From Podarcis pityusensis (taxonomy: Eukaryota), in NCBI GenBank assembly GCA_964106645.2, contig OZ067042.1: a stretch of 64,000 bases of DNA. One strand, given 5' to 3'. The notes under the pieces are model-generated. The model was not told the DNA's origin, made no database searches, and saw only the letters and a list, made by a program, of their open reading frames with translations. This document shows, in pieces, positions 39,458 to 52,153 of the stretch. The position numbers were made by a program, and so were the translations under genes. Positions within the stretch are counted from its first letter, which is position 1. Every line of letters starts with the position of its first letter.

Positions 39458-39520
39458 ACCTTACAAAGGGAAAAAGGCTCCCCTTCTGCGGAAACATTCC
39501 ATATGCTCAGACCCCCAAAG
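39458..39520 (+). CDS. PLOD2: PLOD2 alternative exon 13A (63 nt; TLQREKGSPSAETFHMLRPPK), defines the LH2b isoform
   Basis: TAG acceptor, weak AAG|GTTTTT donor, phase 0/0, 21 aa closely resembling the mammalian LH2b insert; diagnostic for PLOD2 rather than PLOD1/3. Confidence 0.93.
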
Positions 39521-42500
39521 GTTTTTCTTTCTTTTCATTTTTTTACTCATTTATTACAATGCGGTTTTACTCTCCTAGAGGGAGGTGTCTCCTTCCACTC
39601 CCTGTATCCCAGTGATAACAGGGCATTGTTTTGTCTTGAGCTTTTAGCCCCATGGATACAACTTTTGCAAAAAAAATATGCTTTTTCCCTTCTGTGGCCG
39701 TTCAAAAGATTAAATCATGAATGGAAGGAAAACAGCTATCAGTGCTGCCCCACACAAACCTGTGTACAAGAATTCACACAGGGATATGTTGAGTAGGTTC
39801 TATAGATGGCAGTCAATTGGCTGCCGGCATTTACCTGACCTCCTGTCACCCTCATCGCTACAGTGTATTAGGAAAGGAAAGGCCGTTGTGATGCAGACAT
39901 ACTGGCAAAGCCAATTTAGCACTCTCTGCCTGGTTGGTGTGCACCAAACCAACTTCACCTCTTCCTTGTCCCTACTCTGTGGCATGCCCCACCAATGGGG
40001 CTGTCAGGAGGTCAGGTAAGTGCCACCACTCCAGTGACCACTGCTGATCGGCAGTTTTCATTATTATGCTTGCATAGGAGGTTGCCCAAAGCCTTGTGAA
40101 GCCTTTTGTCCAAATGGAAGAACATGCTTTTTGCTTCTTCTGTGTTTCACGTAAAATAGTGAGCAGAAGATGCCTTCTGCATGCAGGAGGGCAAATTTCA
40201 GCCCAAACAGTAGCACGTTTTCCACATTGTTGAGTTTGTAGACCAATATGCTAGTGTACTTAAACATACACCCAAAATTCTGATGTGCCATAATTGCCAA
40301 AAATCAACCTATCCTCATTCTTTTAATGCAAATCATTCTTGTGCTACAAGTCCCTGCTTCCTAGTTATATACATGTGAGAATCACAAATTTTGTGGTATC
40401 GTCTTAAGTAACAACTCATTTTAGCATTGACCATTGCTTCTAAGATTCAATCTCCATTAATTTCATTGTGGGCATCTGCTCATGTTCCATTGGGAATAAT
40501 GGAGATTGAGGATTTTATTTCTGAACTTTCTTTGTCTTTCATTTAGCTATATCACTTTCACTTGTTTTGGATGTCAAAAGGCTGCATCCAATGGGTTTCA
40601 CTCAGCTGACAGTAAAGCTTCTGCTGGCAGAATGGAAGGGAATGGATTTTTGGAAATTCCCTTCCCACGCTGTCCCACTTTCCAAAAACCCCAGAGGGAC
40701 TCTTAACCCAGATTTAGAGGGGAAGAGAGGCTGCAGGGAGGGGATTAATTGCAGGAAACTCTTTCATTCCCTGAAGCCTTACAGTCAGCTGGTAGAACCC
40801 AAATTATGTGACCCTATTAATAAATAAATGAATGAATCTATGATTGGGGCCACTCCACATCATTCGAGAGGTAGTCCCACCATTAGCAAATAGAAGAAGC
40901 CACAGCTGTTAGCAGCATAATAAAGTCAAATTTCAGAATGATTTTTTTATGGAAGAGTAGAAAAAATAATGAAATGTAATGCCAAAATAGTCTTTAAGTC
41001 AAGAATCAAACAGTCATTCGTAAACTGCATACAGTTGCATACAATTTAATGGGCTCTTTCTAGTTAAAACTGGATGGAATTCAATGGCTTTTTGTTGTTG
41101 AGACAAAGTTACCCACACTCTGTTATCCACTGTAGCTGTAGGAACCAGAAAATCCATTGCTTAATAAGGGTTGCTTGCTGTTCCTTGTTCCCCTAATGCA
41201 CATTTTTCAATATCTTGTTATGATTAAAACTGAAGCTCGCCCATGCTGTAAAAACAGAACATACTGTGGTTTCCCTACACTTCTCATGAGAAATTATGTC
41301 TTTAACGCAATGACATGGTTTTCAATACACCCACTGTCAAAAGCATGCTTTACCACTGTATTTCTACAGTTCTATGCTGACGCAACTCTATTGGAAGTAA
41401 TGGAGCATAAAACCGGACAGTGGTGTGGTGTATTTTTGTAGCAGAGGGAAGTGTTACATAATCATCACTTAACTGTTTTTGGCAGAGCTTTTTTGATTCA
41501 GCTTTTCGTATTTATTGTTTAATAAGAGCCATGGGTTGAGTACATGTTTATTATGTTCATATTTTAAAAAAGAACATTACAACATTAAAAAAAAAAAATC
41601 CCCCCAAAAGACTTAAACCCAACCCTTATGTACTTGAGATAGTGTATCTGCCTCATTACTTATACAACATGGTCTGCGACAGAATTTGTTATGTCTACCT
41701 GGTAGCCTTCAGACGTTTTGGAATGCCAATCACAGCAGCTCCAGGTTTGAAAAGCTGCCCTATCCTGATCACTGAGGAAACTCAGAGACATCTGCTTCCT
41801 TAGAGACAGTAGCCACAGACCCAGAAGCAAACCAGGAAGTACCTCATTATAGGATAGGCCTGTATTGCCATGTAGGTTTGAAGTTACTATCACATATTTT
41901 GTTCAGTTGGTGCTGCTCCTGGCTGGTCCTACTAGCCTGCAAGAAAAGAGATCATCATCAACATGAGGACTGGTGTGGCTGATGTCTGGCTTGTAGGTGA
42001 CCAGCATGCTGGCCATTCACAAAGCCACAAGTGTCACAAACAGCAAATGTCTTGAAGCACCATTATTCAAAATGGCAAGTGATTGGACTGTGACAAACGC
42101 AACAGTATCTTTGATCAGTTTGAAAATGTAGGCCTGTTTATATTGAAAAGGAAAACAACACACCTTCCCAATTTACTTAATTTGATTTGTTCAATTTAAT
42201 ATGAAGTTAATCAGTCCTACAAGGATCATGTGGCTTTTGCTACTGTTCCAGTTCATTTTGCTTTTCATCCTTCTTCAAGCATTGCACAGTGGTTTGTTGT
42301 TTTCATCATATTCATCAAAATAACTATTTGAAGGGGAACATTTTCATTACAGGTCAACTCGTCAAAGGATCTGGTAGGAAATGGGCTAAAATTGGCACTC
42401 TATAGAGCTCTGACACCTGCTTCTCTATTCATGTCTTTACCTGAATTCAACAGATCAATATTAGTTAAATATTTAGGACGTAAAACAACTACATAAAAAT

Positions 42501-42950
42501 GTATAGAAGGAAATATACCCACTTTTCCTTCATAAATTAATCTGGTCACTCATCATCAGTTATATAAATGTATAGATATTAAGAACATAACTGAGATTGC
42601 TGTGTGTGGGTCTCTGATACAGGTCTGGATTGCCTTACGTTCAGGGCTTCTCCTCCCTACATTTTCATGAATTGGGAATGCTGTGTATGCATGGACTGCA
42701 TGTAGAAAAGAAACAAATTGCCTCAGCCCATATCAGAATCCATGCTTTGTTTACTGACTATATCTGTCAGTAAGTGTGCAACATACATAGTTAGAATTTC
42801 AGATAAAGAGAACTGTAGTTTGTATATTCAGAATGGGGATGATAGTGAGTTTGGGCGAGGGGTATTAATATAGACTGGATAATATAGTTTCTTCTTTCTT
42901 TTAAATATTAAATGTAAACTAACATAAGGATGTTTTTTGTCTGGTGGTAG

Positions 42951-43124
<174 letters not shown>

Positions 43125-43435
43125 TAACCTCTTTCTTTTGTGAGCAAACAAATCACAAAATGCTTTCTTACATGGGGATCTTAATCCATTTAATTTTTCA
43201 ACATTAACCTTCACTGCTTAATTTGAAAAAAAATCCTATGGGTTGTATCCAGCTAAGCCCTACTCAGACCCAACCCACTGAAATGGAACAAAGTTCGTCA
43301 TGTTCATCAATTTTAGTGAGTCTGCTTTGAGTAGGACTATCCTTTGCTGAAACCCTACATTCTAAGCACTTCTGTGTGGGTTGTTCTCTCTCTCTCTCTC
43401 TCTCTTTAATCTAACAAACAAATCTTTGTTCTCAG

Positions 43436-43501
43436 GATTGGAAGGAAACCTACATAAACCCCAACTATTCAAAAATTTTCACTGAGCACATAGTAGAACA
43501 G
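43436..43501 (+). CDS. PLOD2: PLOD2 exon 15 (66 nt; DWKETYINPNYSKIFTEHIVEQ)
   Basis: CAG acceptor, GTAAGG donor. Confidence 0.95.
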
Positions 43502-44367
43502 GTAAGGAAAACCGCTATTTGGGGACTCACAAAGGGACTGAACTTCATTTATGAGCTGAACTAAAATACAAATGGGTTTTAACTTGGATTGGAGTGAGCT
43601 AATTATTTATGGGCTCTGTATGTGTTTCTGTAACTCCCACACCCACCTTAAACTTGGCAGCAGCACCACTAATAATGGAAACCACCTGGGGTTGAGGTGG
43701 CCCAATACTTCTCTGCTTTGACACTTAAAAACCATTTCTTCTTCAACAGACCTGGCTTTCCATGCCATGCTAATTTGTGCTCTCTCTCTCTCATGTGCAT
43801 GTGGGAAGAATCAGCAGGTTAGCATCAAGAGTCCCATAAGCTTGGAGGAATGGAGTTGCTGGAAGCCTGGGCAGCTGTTCTTCACTACATTGTAGTGCCA
43901 GTCCTGCTAGGGGAAACCAAATTACCACAGCCGAAAACGTTCCTTTCCTCAAATATGGGAACACTGGGTAGATCAGTACAAATGTAACCTTCTGCTGTGG
44001 GTATTTGTGGGCACATGAGAGGAAACTGCTCTACAGTGACTGACCCAAGCAGCCACTGAAATGGTTTCTCCTTTCAGATAATTAGAGATTTCTCTGTGCT
44101 TTCTCTTACGTAGCTGGCCAAGTGCATGATGCAGAGCAACTGCTGCATAACTCTTGTTTCCACAAGCTAAAGGACAAGAAATGACATTTAAGAAACTAAA
44201 CAAAATTAAAGGGGTCAGACTAGTTGCTGTAGTGATGGACCAAGGATTCCTGCAGTCCTCCTCCACCTTAGATTCAGAGATGTAAAGCATAAGCTACACA
44301 ACAGCCTTATCTGGCACACAAAGGAGCACAAAATTCTAACACACAGGTTTATGTTTCCCACCTGTAG

Positions 44368-44472
44368 CCATGCCCGGATGTGTTTTGGTTCCCCATATTT
44401 TCTGAGACAGCCTGTGATGAACTGGTAGAGGAGATGGAACATTATGGACGTTGGTCAGGTGGAAAACACCAT
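44368..44472 (+). CDS. PLOD2: PLOD2 exon 16 (105 nt; [11 protein letters not shown]...WSGGKHH)
   Basis: TAG acceptor, GTAAGC donor. Confidence 0.96.
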
Positions 44473-45498
44473 GTAAGCATAATAGTTGGAAACTTCTTTT
44501 AATTTATTTTTTATATGGGTTTTTTGAAAGTAAAGTATGTGCTGCTGACAAAAGGTGAGCACAATGCACATGCAGATGTCCCCTGTGGGAGGCACCTATG
44601 GGACTGTCATTGCAGGTGCACACATACACTCATCCAAGGGGGAGTTCATTGGGGCAGGATTGTGCCCAATGTTTCCATCAGGACTGCAAAATTTAATTTT
44701 AGATTGGCAAATGAAGCTTAGGGCTCATTTTAATCAGTGATATTAAGAGTTTTGGGCCACCTTATAAAGAAAACACTTTGGCTTTTATGTCACTATTTTC
44801 ATTTATGGAAAAAATACCAAATACAATGCAATGATGACAGTATTATAGAAATAATGGAGATACAGTGTTATTTTTGTTACAAGTCCATTCATAATAGATC
44901 TACCTCAAAGTGCACAATTAGTTTTAGATCCAAATCCATATGACATTTTGACTTTGTAAATTTGATAAAGGGTTAGATTGTGATTTTTTTATTTATTAGG
45001 TTTCTTATTTACTCTTCAGCATGAGGTCCCAGGGTGGGTCCAGTTATGTTACTATAACAAATGATAAAAGAAAGGCCATCTTTACTATTTTCTTCAACAT
45101 TGTAAGGCAGTTTACACTTTCTGTATATTAAAAAGCTCCTTTTCATTAATCTAAGATGGTTTTAATAATCAGCTGATAGTTTCAAGTGCTGTTTTTTTTT
45201 TAATGAAACATCTATTGATGTATTCAGCCACTACTGAATTATCTGGTGAGCAAAACAATGTATTGTTGTACCAATTCCTTACACAATACATTTGATGGAA
45301 GAAGAGATTGCCATTTTGGTCCCATAAAATAAGCCATACGACGAGTATATTTTTTCACTGGGATGTGTCTCAAGGTACCGGAGTATGAAAGCTTTAGAAT
45401 TAGACAGGCATGTGCTACTTTACAAAGTGTCCCATATGATTTGAAAACATAACCTTATGCCCTATGTATCTGAACATCTCTGTGATGTCTTGTTTTAG

Positions 45499-45651
<153 letters not shown>

Positions 45652-45849
45652 TAAAATGGTTATTAAAAAGTAAGACTTAAAGGCTCAAGCACAGGTGCAG
45701 TACCAAAACACAGAGTAGTCATGACAGACCCAGTATGTCCACCCCACAGGTCCTTCTGCCAATGTGGATGCACCAAGAACATGCAAGCAACAGGAGGGGG
45801 CATTGCAGAGACTAGGAGAGCTATTCATGCCTCTCCTATCCCTACTTCC

Positions 45850-46200
45850 GGGATGCGGGTGGCACTGTGGGTTAAACCACAGAGCCTAGGACTTGCCAAT
45901 CAGAAGGTCAGCGGTTCGAATCCCCGCGACGGGGTGAGCTCCCGTTGCTCGGTCCCTGCTCCTGCCAACCTAGCAGTTTGAAAGTACCTCAAAGTGCAAG
46001 TAGATAAATAGGTACCGCTCCAGCGGGAAGGTAAACGGCGTTTCCATGCGCTGCTCTGCTTCGTCAGAAGCGGCTTAGTCATGCTGGCCACATGACCCGG
46101 AAGCTTTACACCGGCTCCCTCGGCCAATAAAGCGAGATGAGCGCCGCAACCACAGAGTCGGTCACGACTGGACCTAATGGTCAGGGGTCCCTTTACCTTT
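45850..46200 (+). mobile_element. Sauria SINE
   Basis: B box, CpG-rich body, CCTTTACCTTT tail. Confidence 0.9.
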
Positions 46201-46754
46201 AAGGTTCTGGTATCCCCTGTCCCAGGAGACGGGCTGTACCTCAGGTTCAGAGCATTTGCCTTGCATGCAGAAACTTACCTTTACTATCCCTACTTCAGCT
46301 TCTGTACCATGCAAATTATTTAATTTCTGAAAAGCACGGGAGAGGAAAGTACTCTTTTGCTTGAGTCCTGTGTCCAGGTTTCCCACAGACATCAGGTTGG
46401 CGGCTGTGAAAAAAGGATGCTGGACTAAGATGAGCTGTTGGCCTGATCCAGTAGGCTCTTCTTATGTTCTCATGCACAGGAGCCAACATTAGACGCTAAA
46501 TATTATTTATTCCATTTATCAATAGTTTCCTATGAAGTATGTGCTAGGTGAACTCTGTGTCTGCAGGCTCAGAATCTTTAAAAAAGGAAGAGAGAGACAA
46601 AAGTTGAGGACATCTGGAAGTGAAGGAGTTATTATAAACAGTGGGTGGGAGGAGATCCATGACAGTAAATCACAGATATTTATCATCACAGGGAGTAGGC
46701 TTGAGGGATTCCCATGAGCTATCCTTTCTTAACTGTCCTGTTATTTCTTTATAG

Positions 46755-46880
46755 GGCCATGCCTTGCTGAATTTTGTTGTGAAATACACTACTGAGAGAC
46801 AACGTTCCCTCAGACCTCATCACGACTCCTCAACATTTACTATCAACATAGCTCTCAACAAAGTGGGAAGAGATTTTGAA
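46755..46880 (+). CDS. PLOD2: PLOD2 exon 18 (126 nt; ...[17 protein letters not shown]...)
   Basis: TAG acceptor, GTACGT donor; H-x-D Fe(II) ligands of the 2-oxoglutarate dioxygenase domain. Confidence 0.96.
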
Positions 46881-47553
46881 GTACGTTTGGAGCAAATCTG
46901 TTTATTCCAGCAATGGCTTTCAACTTCTCTGACTCATTTCCCACTAAGCTTGCTTAGAAGTCCCAAATAAGAAAATGACACCACAATGATAATTCTTGGT
47001 TCTTTTAAAGTATTAGAACAGCGTTTCTTGCAGTGACAGTATAATTGCATCAAGCTGTGGTGATACGGCAGTTTAAGCAGACAGCTGTATTCAGTGTTGA
47101 AATCAGTGATACGAATATTTTGTATGGCTGGTGAAAGAGTTCCCTGTGAGGAGTGTCTTGTTGGAGAAGGAGATGGAGCAGATCCCTCACCAAAAAATTG
47201 CTTTCTTGAAGGATCATGTTACAAATAGTTTAAGACAGTGGCCAGCAGAAGGTAGATTGCAGAATGATTTGCAGTAGCTGGCACATGGCAGCAGTAAAAA
47301 CAAAGTAGATACCACATCCCTCAGTTTTGCACAGGGTGGTTTAAGTAATAGAGGCAAAGTTCCCTTGTCTCTCCAAGTGGTAAGACTTGCTGCCTCGGAA
47401 ACCACCCTCTTTTTCCTCTAGGTTGTTACCTGATTTCAGATACAGCATTTGAAGGGATGGAGTAGGCCTAGCGACCTCCCACTACTGATGCCTAGACTAG
47501 AAAAGCTATTGACCTGGTTGGCATGTAACGCTAAACCAAACAATGGCTTAGTA

Positions 47554-47689
47554 CAGACTTCCTCAGCCTCAGCCCTCCAGATGTTTTGAGACTACAATTC
47601 CTAGCACCCCTGACCACTGGTCCTGCTAGCTAGGGATCAAGGGAGTTGTAGGCCAAAAACATCTGGAGGGCCAAGGCTGAGGAAGCCTG
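47554..47689. mobile_element. 136-bp palindromic hAT MITE
   Basis: 8-bp TSD GCTTAGTA / GCTTAGCA. Confidence 0.85.
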
Positions 47690-48292
47690 GCTTAGCAGAA
47701 ACAAGCACATGTGTTGATTCTTGGCATGCAGATCACAGCTGCTGCTGCTGCTGCTGTGCTATCCAGCGCTAAGTCATAGTTTGTGTTAGTGCTACATCCA
47801 AAGCCAGGCTCATGATTTGTTTCACTCCGGACAAACCATGAGTTGTAACCAAAGTTTGTTCTTGGTTAACTGCTTGTGGGTTTTCTGGGGTAGATAAACT
47901 ACACACCCAGGTTTGAATACAACACTAAGCCAAACCATGGCTTATGCCTGGGTGGAACAACTGCAGGATCAGGTGCGTAGTAGTAGCTGCAACCTTTGCT
48001 CCAGGAACACACATGTTAAGGCATGGTTTGACTTAGTATTTGATGCAAACAGGGCCAGTATCATCTATCATGCAATTTCCACAATGATGTTGACCTACAT
48101 ATGAATTAGAATGGGGAAATGTTAAGGTGTGTTATTGTTCAAATGCAGTGTATTCCTGGTGCAAATTAATGCACTTGGGATTGATTGCACTTCTGATTAT
48201 TGTCTTGGGCTTTATACCAAAAAACCCTCCCAGTTCCTATTGATTTCTTGCCAGATGGTGATTTAAAGACTTTTGTTTCTGATTTTTTACAG

Positions 48293-48448
48293 GGAGGTGG
48301 ATGCAAATTTCTGAGGTACAACTGCTCCATAGAATCACCCAGGAAAGGATGGAGTTTCATGCATCCAGGAAGACTTACGCATTTACATGAAGGACTTCCC
48401 ATTTTGAAAGGAACAAGATACATCGCAGTATCATTTATTGACCCTTAA
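48293..48448 (+). CDS. PLOD2: PLOD2 terminal coding exon 19 (GGGCKF...[12 protein letters not shown]...[12 protein letters not shown])
   Basis: CAG acceptor; distal His ligand and 2-OG-binding Arg; TAA stop. Confidence 0.97.
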   Translation, partial: GGGCKFLRYNCSIESPRKGWSFMHPGRLTHLHEGLPILKGTRYIAVSFIDP

Positions 48449-49342
48449 TCTTATTTCCCTGGCCTGTTACAGACAACGTTTGGCAATCTATGACAAACTC
48501 TTATTTATAGTTCTACTCCCAGAAGATGGTGACAAAAGAAACTTCTTCTAGATTGCTGCTTCGCTTTGGGCTAAAAGAATGAGCAGGAAAAGAAACCCAA
48601 ACTCTTAAAAAACAATATAAACCTTCAAGCATCTGATCTGAGCCTTGAGTTGCAAAGTTAAATAATAATAATTTCGCTCCCTTGTGAAAAGGGAGTCTAA
48701 AAGGAAAGGGGAAAATCATTGATGCCGATGATCCATAAAACTTTTCACATGGGTTTTCCATCCATTACAATAACATTATGAATATGTCTTTTGTACATAT
48801 CTTGATTAAAGAAAGAAATATTTGCATATCCAGCTATCTATGAATATTCTTCTAAGAAAGAAGTGCATGATAGATAAATGCAAAGCATTGGCAAAAATAC
48901 ACATATGGGTACTTTTTTTTAAAAGCCTTTAAAAGAAGAAATCCTCAACTTGGAAATCTTTTCTTCTTACCAAGTGTCCTTTGATCAGGCTGGGAACTAT
49001 TCTGCAACTTTTTTTTTTTTTTTTTGGCATCAGTTCAGTGCTGGAAATCCAAGCTCTCTTTTTTGCAAACTTTCTAATACCAAAATGTCTTGGGAAACCA
49101 AATTTGTCTACTCTTATTTAACACTACTTGAATTTTGTATCAGGAGATCAAGAAGTTGAAGTTGCTCTTTTATAAAACGTGCAGGGTTTTGACTTGCCTT
49201 TGTTTTTTAAGGGATCAGTTTAAAATTATTCCTGCTGTGCCTACTGTTTGTAATTTAAAGGTTACACTTGAAAAAAAAAAAAGAATGTTGAAGCATGAAA
49301 CCTGAGGTGCTAAAATGCACATATTTTCTAAGTTTTATGGAA

Positions 49343-49348
49343 AATAAA
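49343..49348 (+). terminator. PLOD2 polyadenylation signal AATAAA (3' UTR about 48449-49370)
   Basis: AATAAA followed about 25 nt later by the GU/U-rich element TTTTTGGTGTGTCTGCTTTT; alternative ATTAAA at 48805-48810. Confidence 0.7.
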
Positions 49349-49484
49349 GAAGTCTTTAAATTAAGAAAAGTTTTTGGTGTGTCTGCTTTTAAAAATATGC
49401 AGTGTTTGGTTTCTGTTTTATAAGCAGAGTATGATAGCTTTTATTACATTTTGGAGTGTGTTCAGTAAATTGACAAATGTTTTA

Positions 49485-49857
49485 GTAAAGGTAAAGGGAC
49501 CTCTGACCATTAGGTCCAGTCGTGACCGACTCTGGGGTTGCGGCACTCATCTCGCTTTCTTGGCCGAGGGAGCTGGCATACAGCTTCCGGGTCATGTGGC
49601 CAGCATGACTAAGCCGCTTCTGATGAACCAGAGCAGTGCACGGAAACGCCGTTTACCTTCCCGCTGGAGCGGTACCTATTTATCTACTTGCACTTTGACG
49701 TGCTTTCGAACTGCTAGGTTGGCAGGAGCAGGGACTGAGCAACGGGAGCTCACCCCATTGCGGAGATTCGAACCGCTGACCTTCAGATCGGCAAGTCTAG
49801 GCTTCTGATTGGCAAGTCCTAGGCTCTGTGGTTTAACCCACAGCGCCACCCGTATCC
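49485..49857 (-). mobile_element. Sauria SINE just downstream of the poly(A) site, with an internal duplication of about 21 bp
   Basis: 14-bp TSD TGACAAATGTTTTA (49471-49484 / 49858-49871). Confidence 0.9.
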
Positions 49858-51089
49858 TGACAAATGTTTTACATCTTAACAAATGTTTTACTTTTCAGAA
49901 AAGCTATTTGTCTTGCATCCCCCACATCAGCAGCCACCACTGTGGAAAAGATGCAATAGTCTAGCTTGCTGAAAACTACAGTAAGAAGAAACCTAACCTA
50001 CTTTTCAGGGCAGCTTGGTTGTTTCCTAGTTTACCATTTCCTAGTTTACAGACTGCAAAAGAGTGCTGGTTTAGTGGATTCTCAGCTCTGGCCAGATTCC
50101 TTTAAATGTGAACTCTACCAAATGACTGGCCTCTTTTAATAAGATTTATGCTGCAAGTTATGAAACTCAAACATCTCTGTGTGATCGTGAAAGTGATTTT
50201 TGTTTTCATGAGGTTATTTCTGGCATTACACTGTGATCTGTTAGGGTAGCGCAGCACCCTGTGGTGGCCCACCTAGCGGAGTTACCGTAAAAGAACTGTA
50301 TTTATTAAAACAATCTCTACTGAACTCCAAGCAAAGTGCTTCAGACTGCTTGGGCAGGCCCTAATGATTAACCGTTGGAGCTCCCAAATTAAAATGAACA
50401 ATTTTATTTACATCCCCCCCTCCCAGTACGAGTGATTTATGATGTATACTTTTGCTTCTGCATTTAGTCATTCAAAATATATTTCTTTTTACAATAATGG
50501 TTCCAAAGTTCAGAGCCCTGTGGGCTATGATGGTCTGCATAGTCACCAAACAGCCATTTAGTCAGTATTATCATTTAATAATTTATTCCCTACCTTTTTC
50601 CCTGACAGGGACTCAGTCACCATTGCCCATCACCATTCCAGGCAGGGCTCCAATATATTATGTTCCACAGGTGTTATTTTGTTTTGCTCAAGAAAAATAC
50701 ATTAGAACATAAGAACTTGCTGGATCAGCTTAGGTACCTTGGGTTACCATGTGAAAATGTTTGTCTATAACCAGGCCTTTGGCTGATTAACATTCTATGG
50801 CATTTTAAATGTGTTTGTGAGAGGAGGGTTTATTGGTTTTGCTTTGTTTTATCATGTGTTTTGTGTTCTCATTTTGTATTTTTATGCTGTAAACCATCCT
50901 GTTATGTTCGGATGAAGGGTGGTGAACAAATTTAATAAATAATAATAATGTCAGTAGCCTAGCCAAGCCAACATCCTGTACTCACAGTGACCACTCAGAT
51001 TCCTGAGGGGAACCGTCAAAAAGGACCCAAGGACAAGAATACTCTCCTCTCCTGTGGTTTCCAGCATTACTGGAATTCAGAAGCATTAC

Positions 51090-51676
51090 TCTGGTAGAGT
51101 ACAGGGTCAGGTTTAAGGTGCTGGTTTTGACCTTTAAAGCCCTATGCGGACTAGAACCCTCATACTTATGGGACTGCCTCTCCTGGTATGCCCCACGGAG
51201 GACCTTAAGGTCCATAAATAGCAACACTTTGGAGGTCCCAAGCTTCAAGGAGTTTCAACTAGGGCCAGGGCCTTTTCAGCTCTGTCACAAGAGACTAGGG
51301 CCCTGCGGGATTTGACATCTCTCTACAGGGCCTGCAAGACGGAGCTGTTCCACCTGGCTTAGACTCACTCTGACCCCTTATATGGGATTTGGTATATAAA
51401 TTTTCCCTTGGCTTTTTTGCTGGCCCATGTAGGACCAGCATGGGTAGCTGGCTCGGGTGAATATCTGATGTTTCCTCCCTTTATGGTATTGATTTATGGG
51501 CTACTACTAAAATGAGGCTGCATTTTAAGCTGTGTTTTAAGCCGTATTTTAATTGTTTATGTTTGTTTGTTTGTTTGTTTGTTTGTTTTCCTATTACATT
51601 TTATTGTAATTCATATTTGGTGTTAGCCGCCCTGGCCGGGGAGGGCAGGATATAAATAAAAAATTATTATTATTAC
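51090..51676 (+). mobile_element. L2-type LINE 3' fragment nested in a CR1-like fragment
   Basis: Similar to 56740-57315; same 3' tail. Confidence 0.8.
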
Positions 51677-52113
51677 TGCCTCAGACCACAGTGGCAGAGC
51701 ATAGCCATCATGGCAAGTAGCGATTGATAGGCCTATCCTCCATGAATTTGCCCAATCCTCTTTCAAATCCATCCACATTGGTGTCATTGACTGCCTCCAG
51801 TGGGACCAAGTGCCTGGGTTTAACTATGCACTGTACAGAAATCCCCCAGTGTAGTCAAAAGGTGGAACTATTTGCCTGTCTGGCATCACTTCCTCACAAA
51901 TGACTTTGAGGGTGCAATCGTAATACTTGGTAGGGAGGGGCAAGGCTTGGCAGAATGGCTGATCTGCTGCCACATCCAGATCCCTGCTGCTTGCACTGGC
52001 TTAGGATGGAAGGTGAGGAGCAGGAAAAGTCTGCATGTTTTCCTGGCACAGATGCCTCAGGTCTGCCACTTTTCTGGCCTTGATTCCAAATGGATGCTGT
52101 GAACCTGATTTAA

Positions 52114-52153
<40 letters not shown>

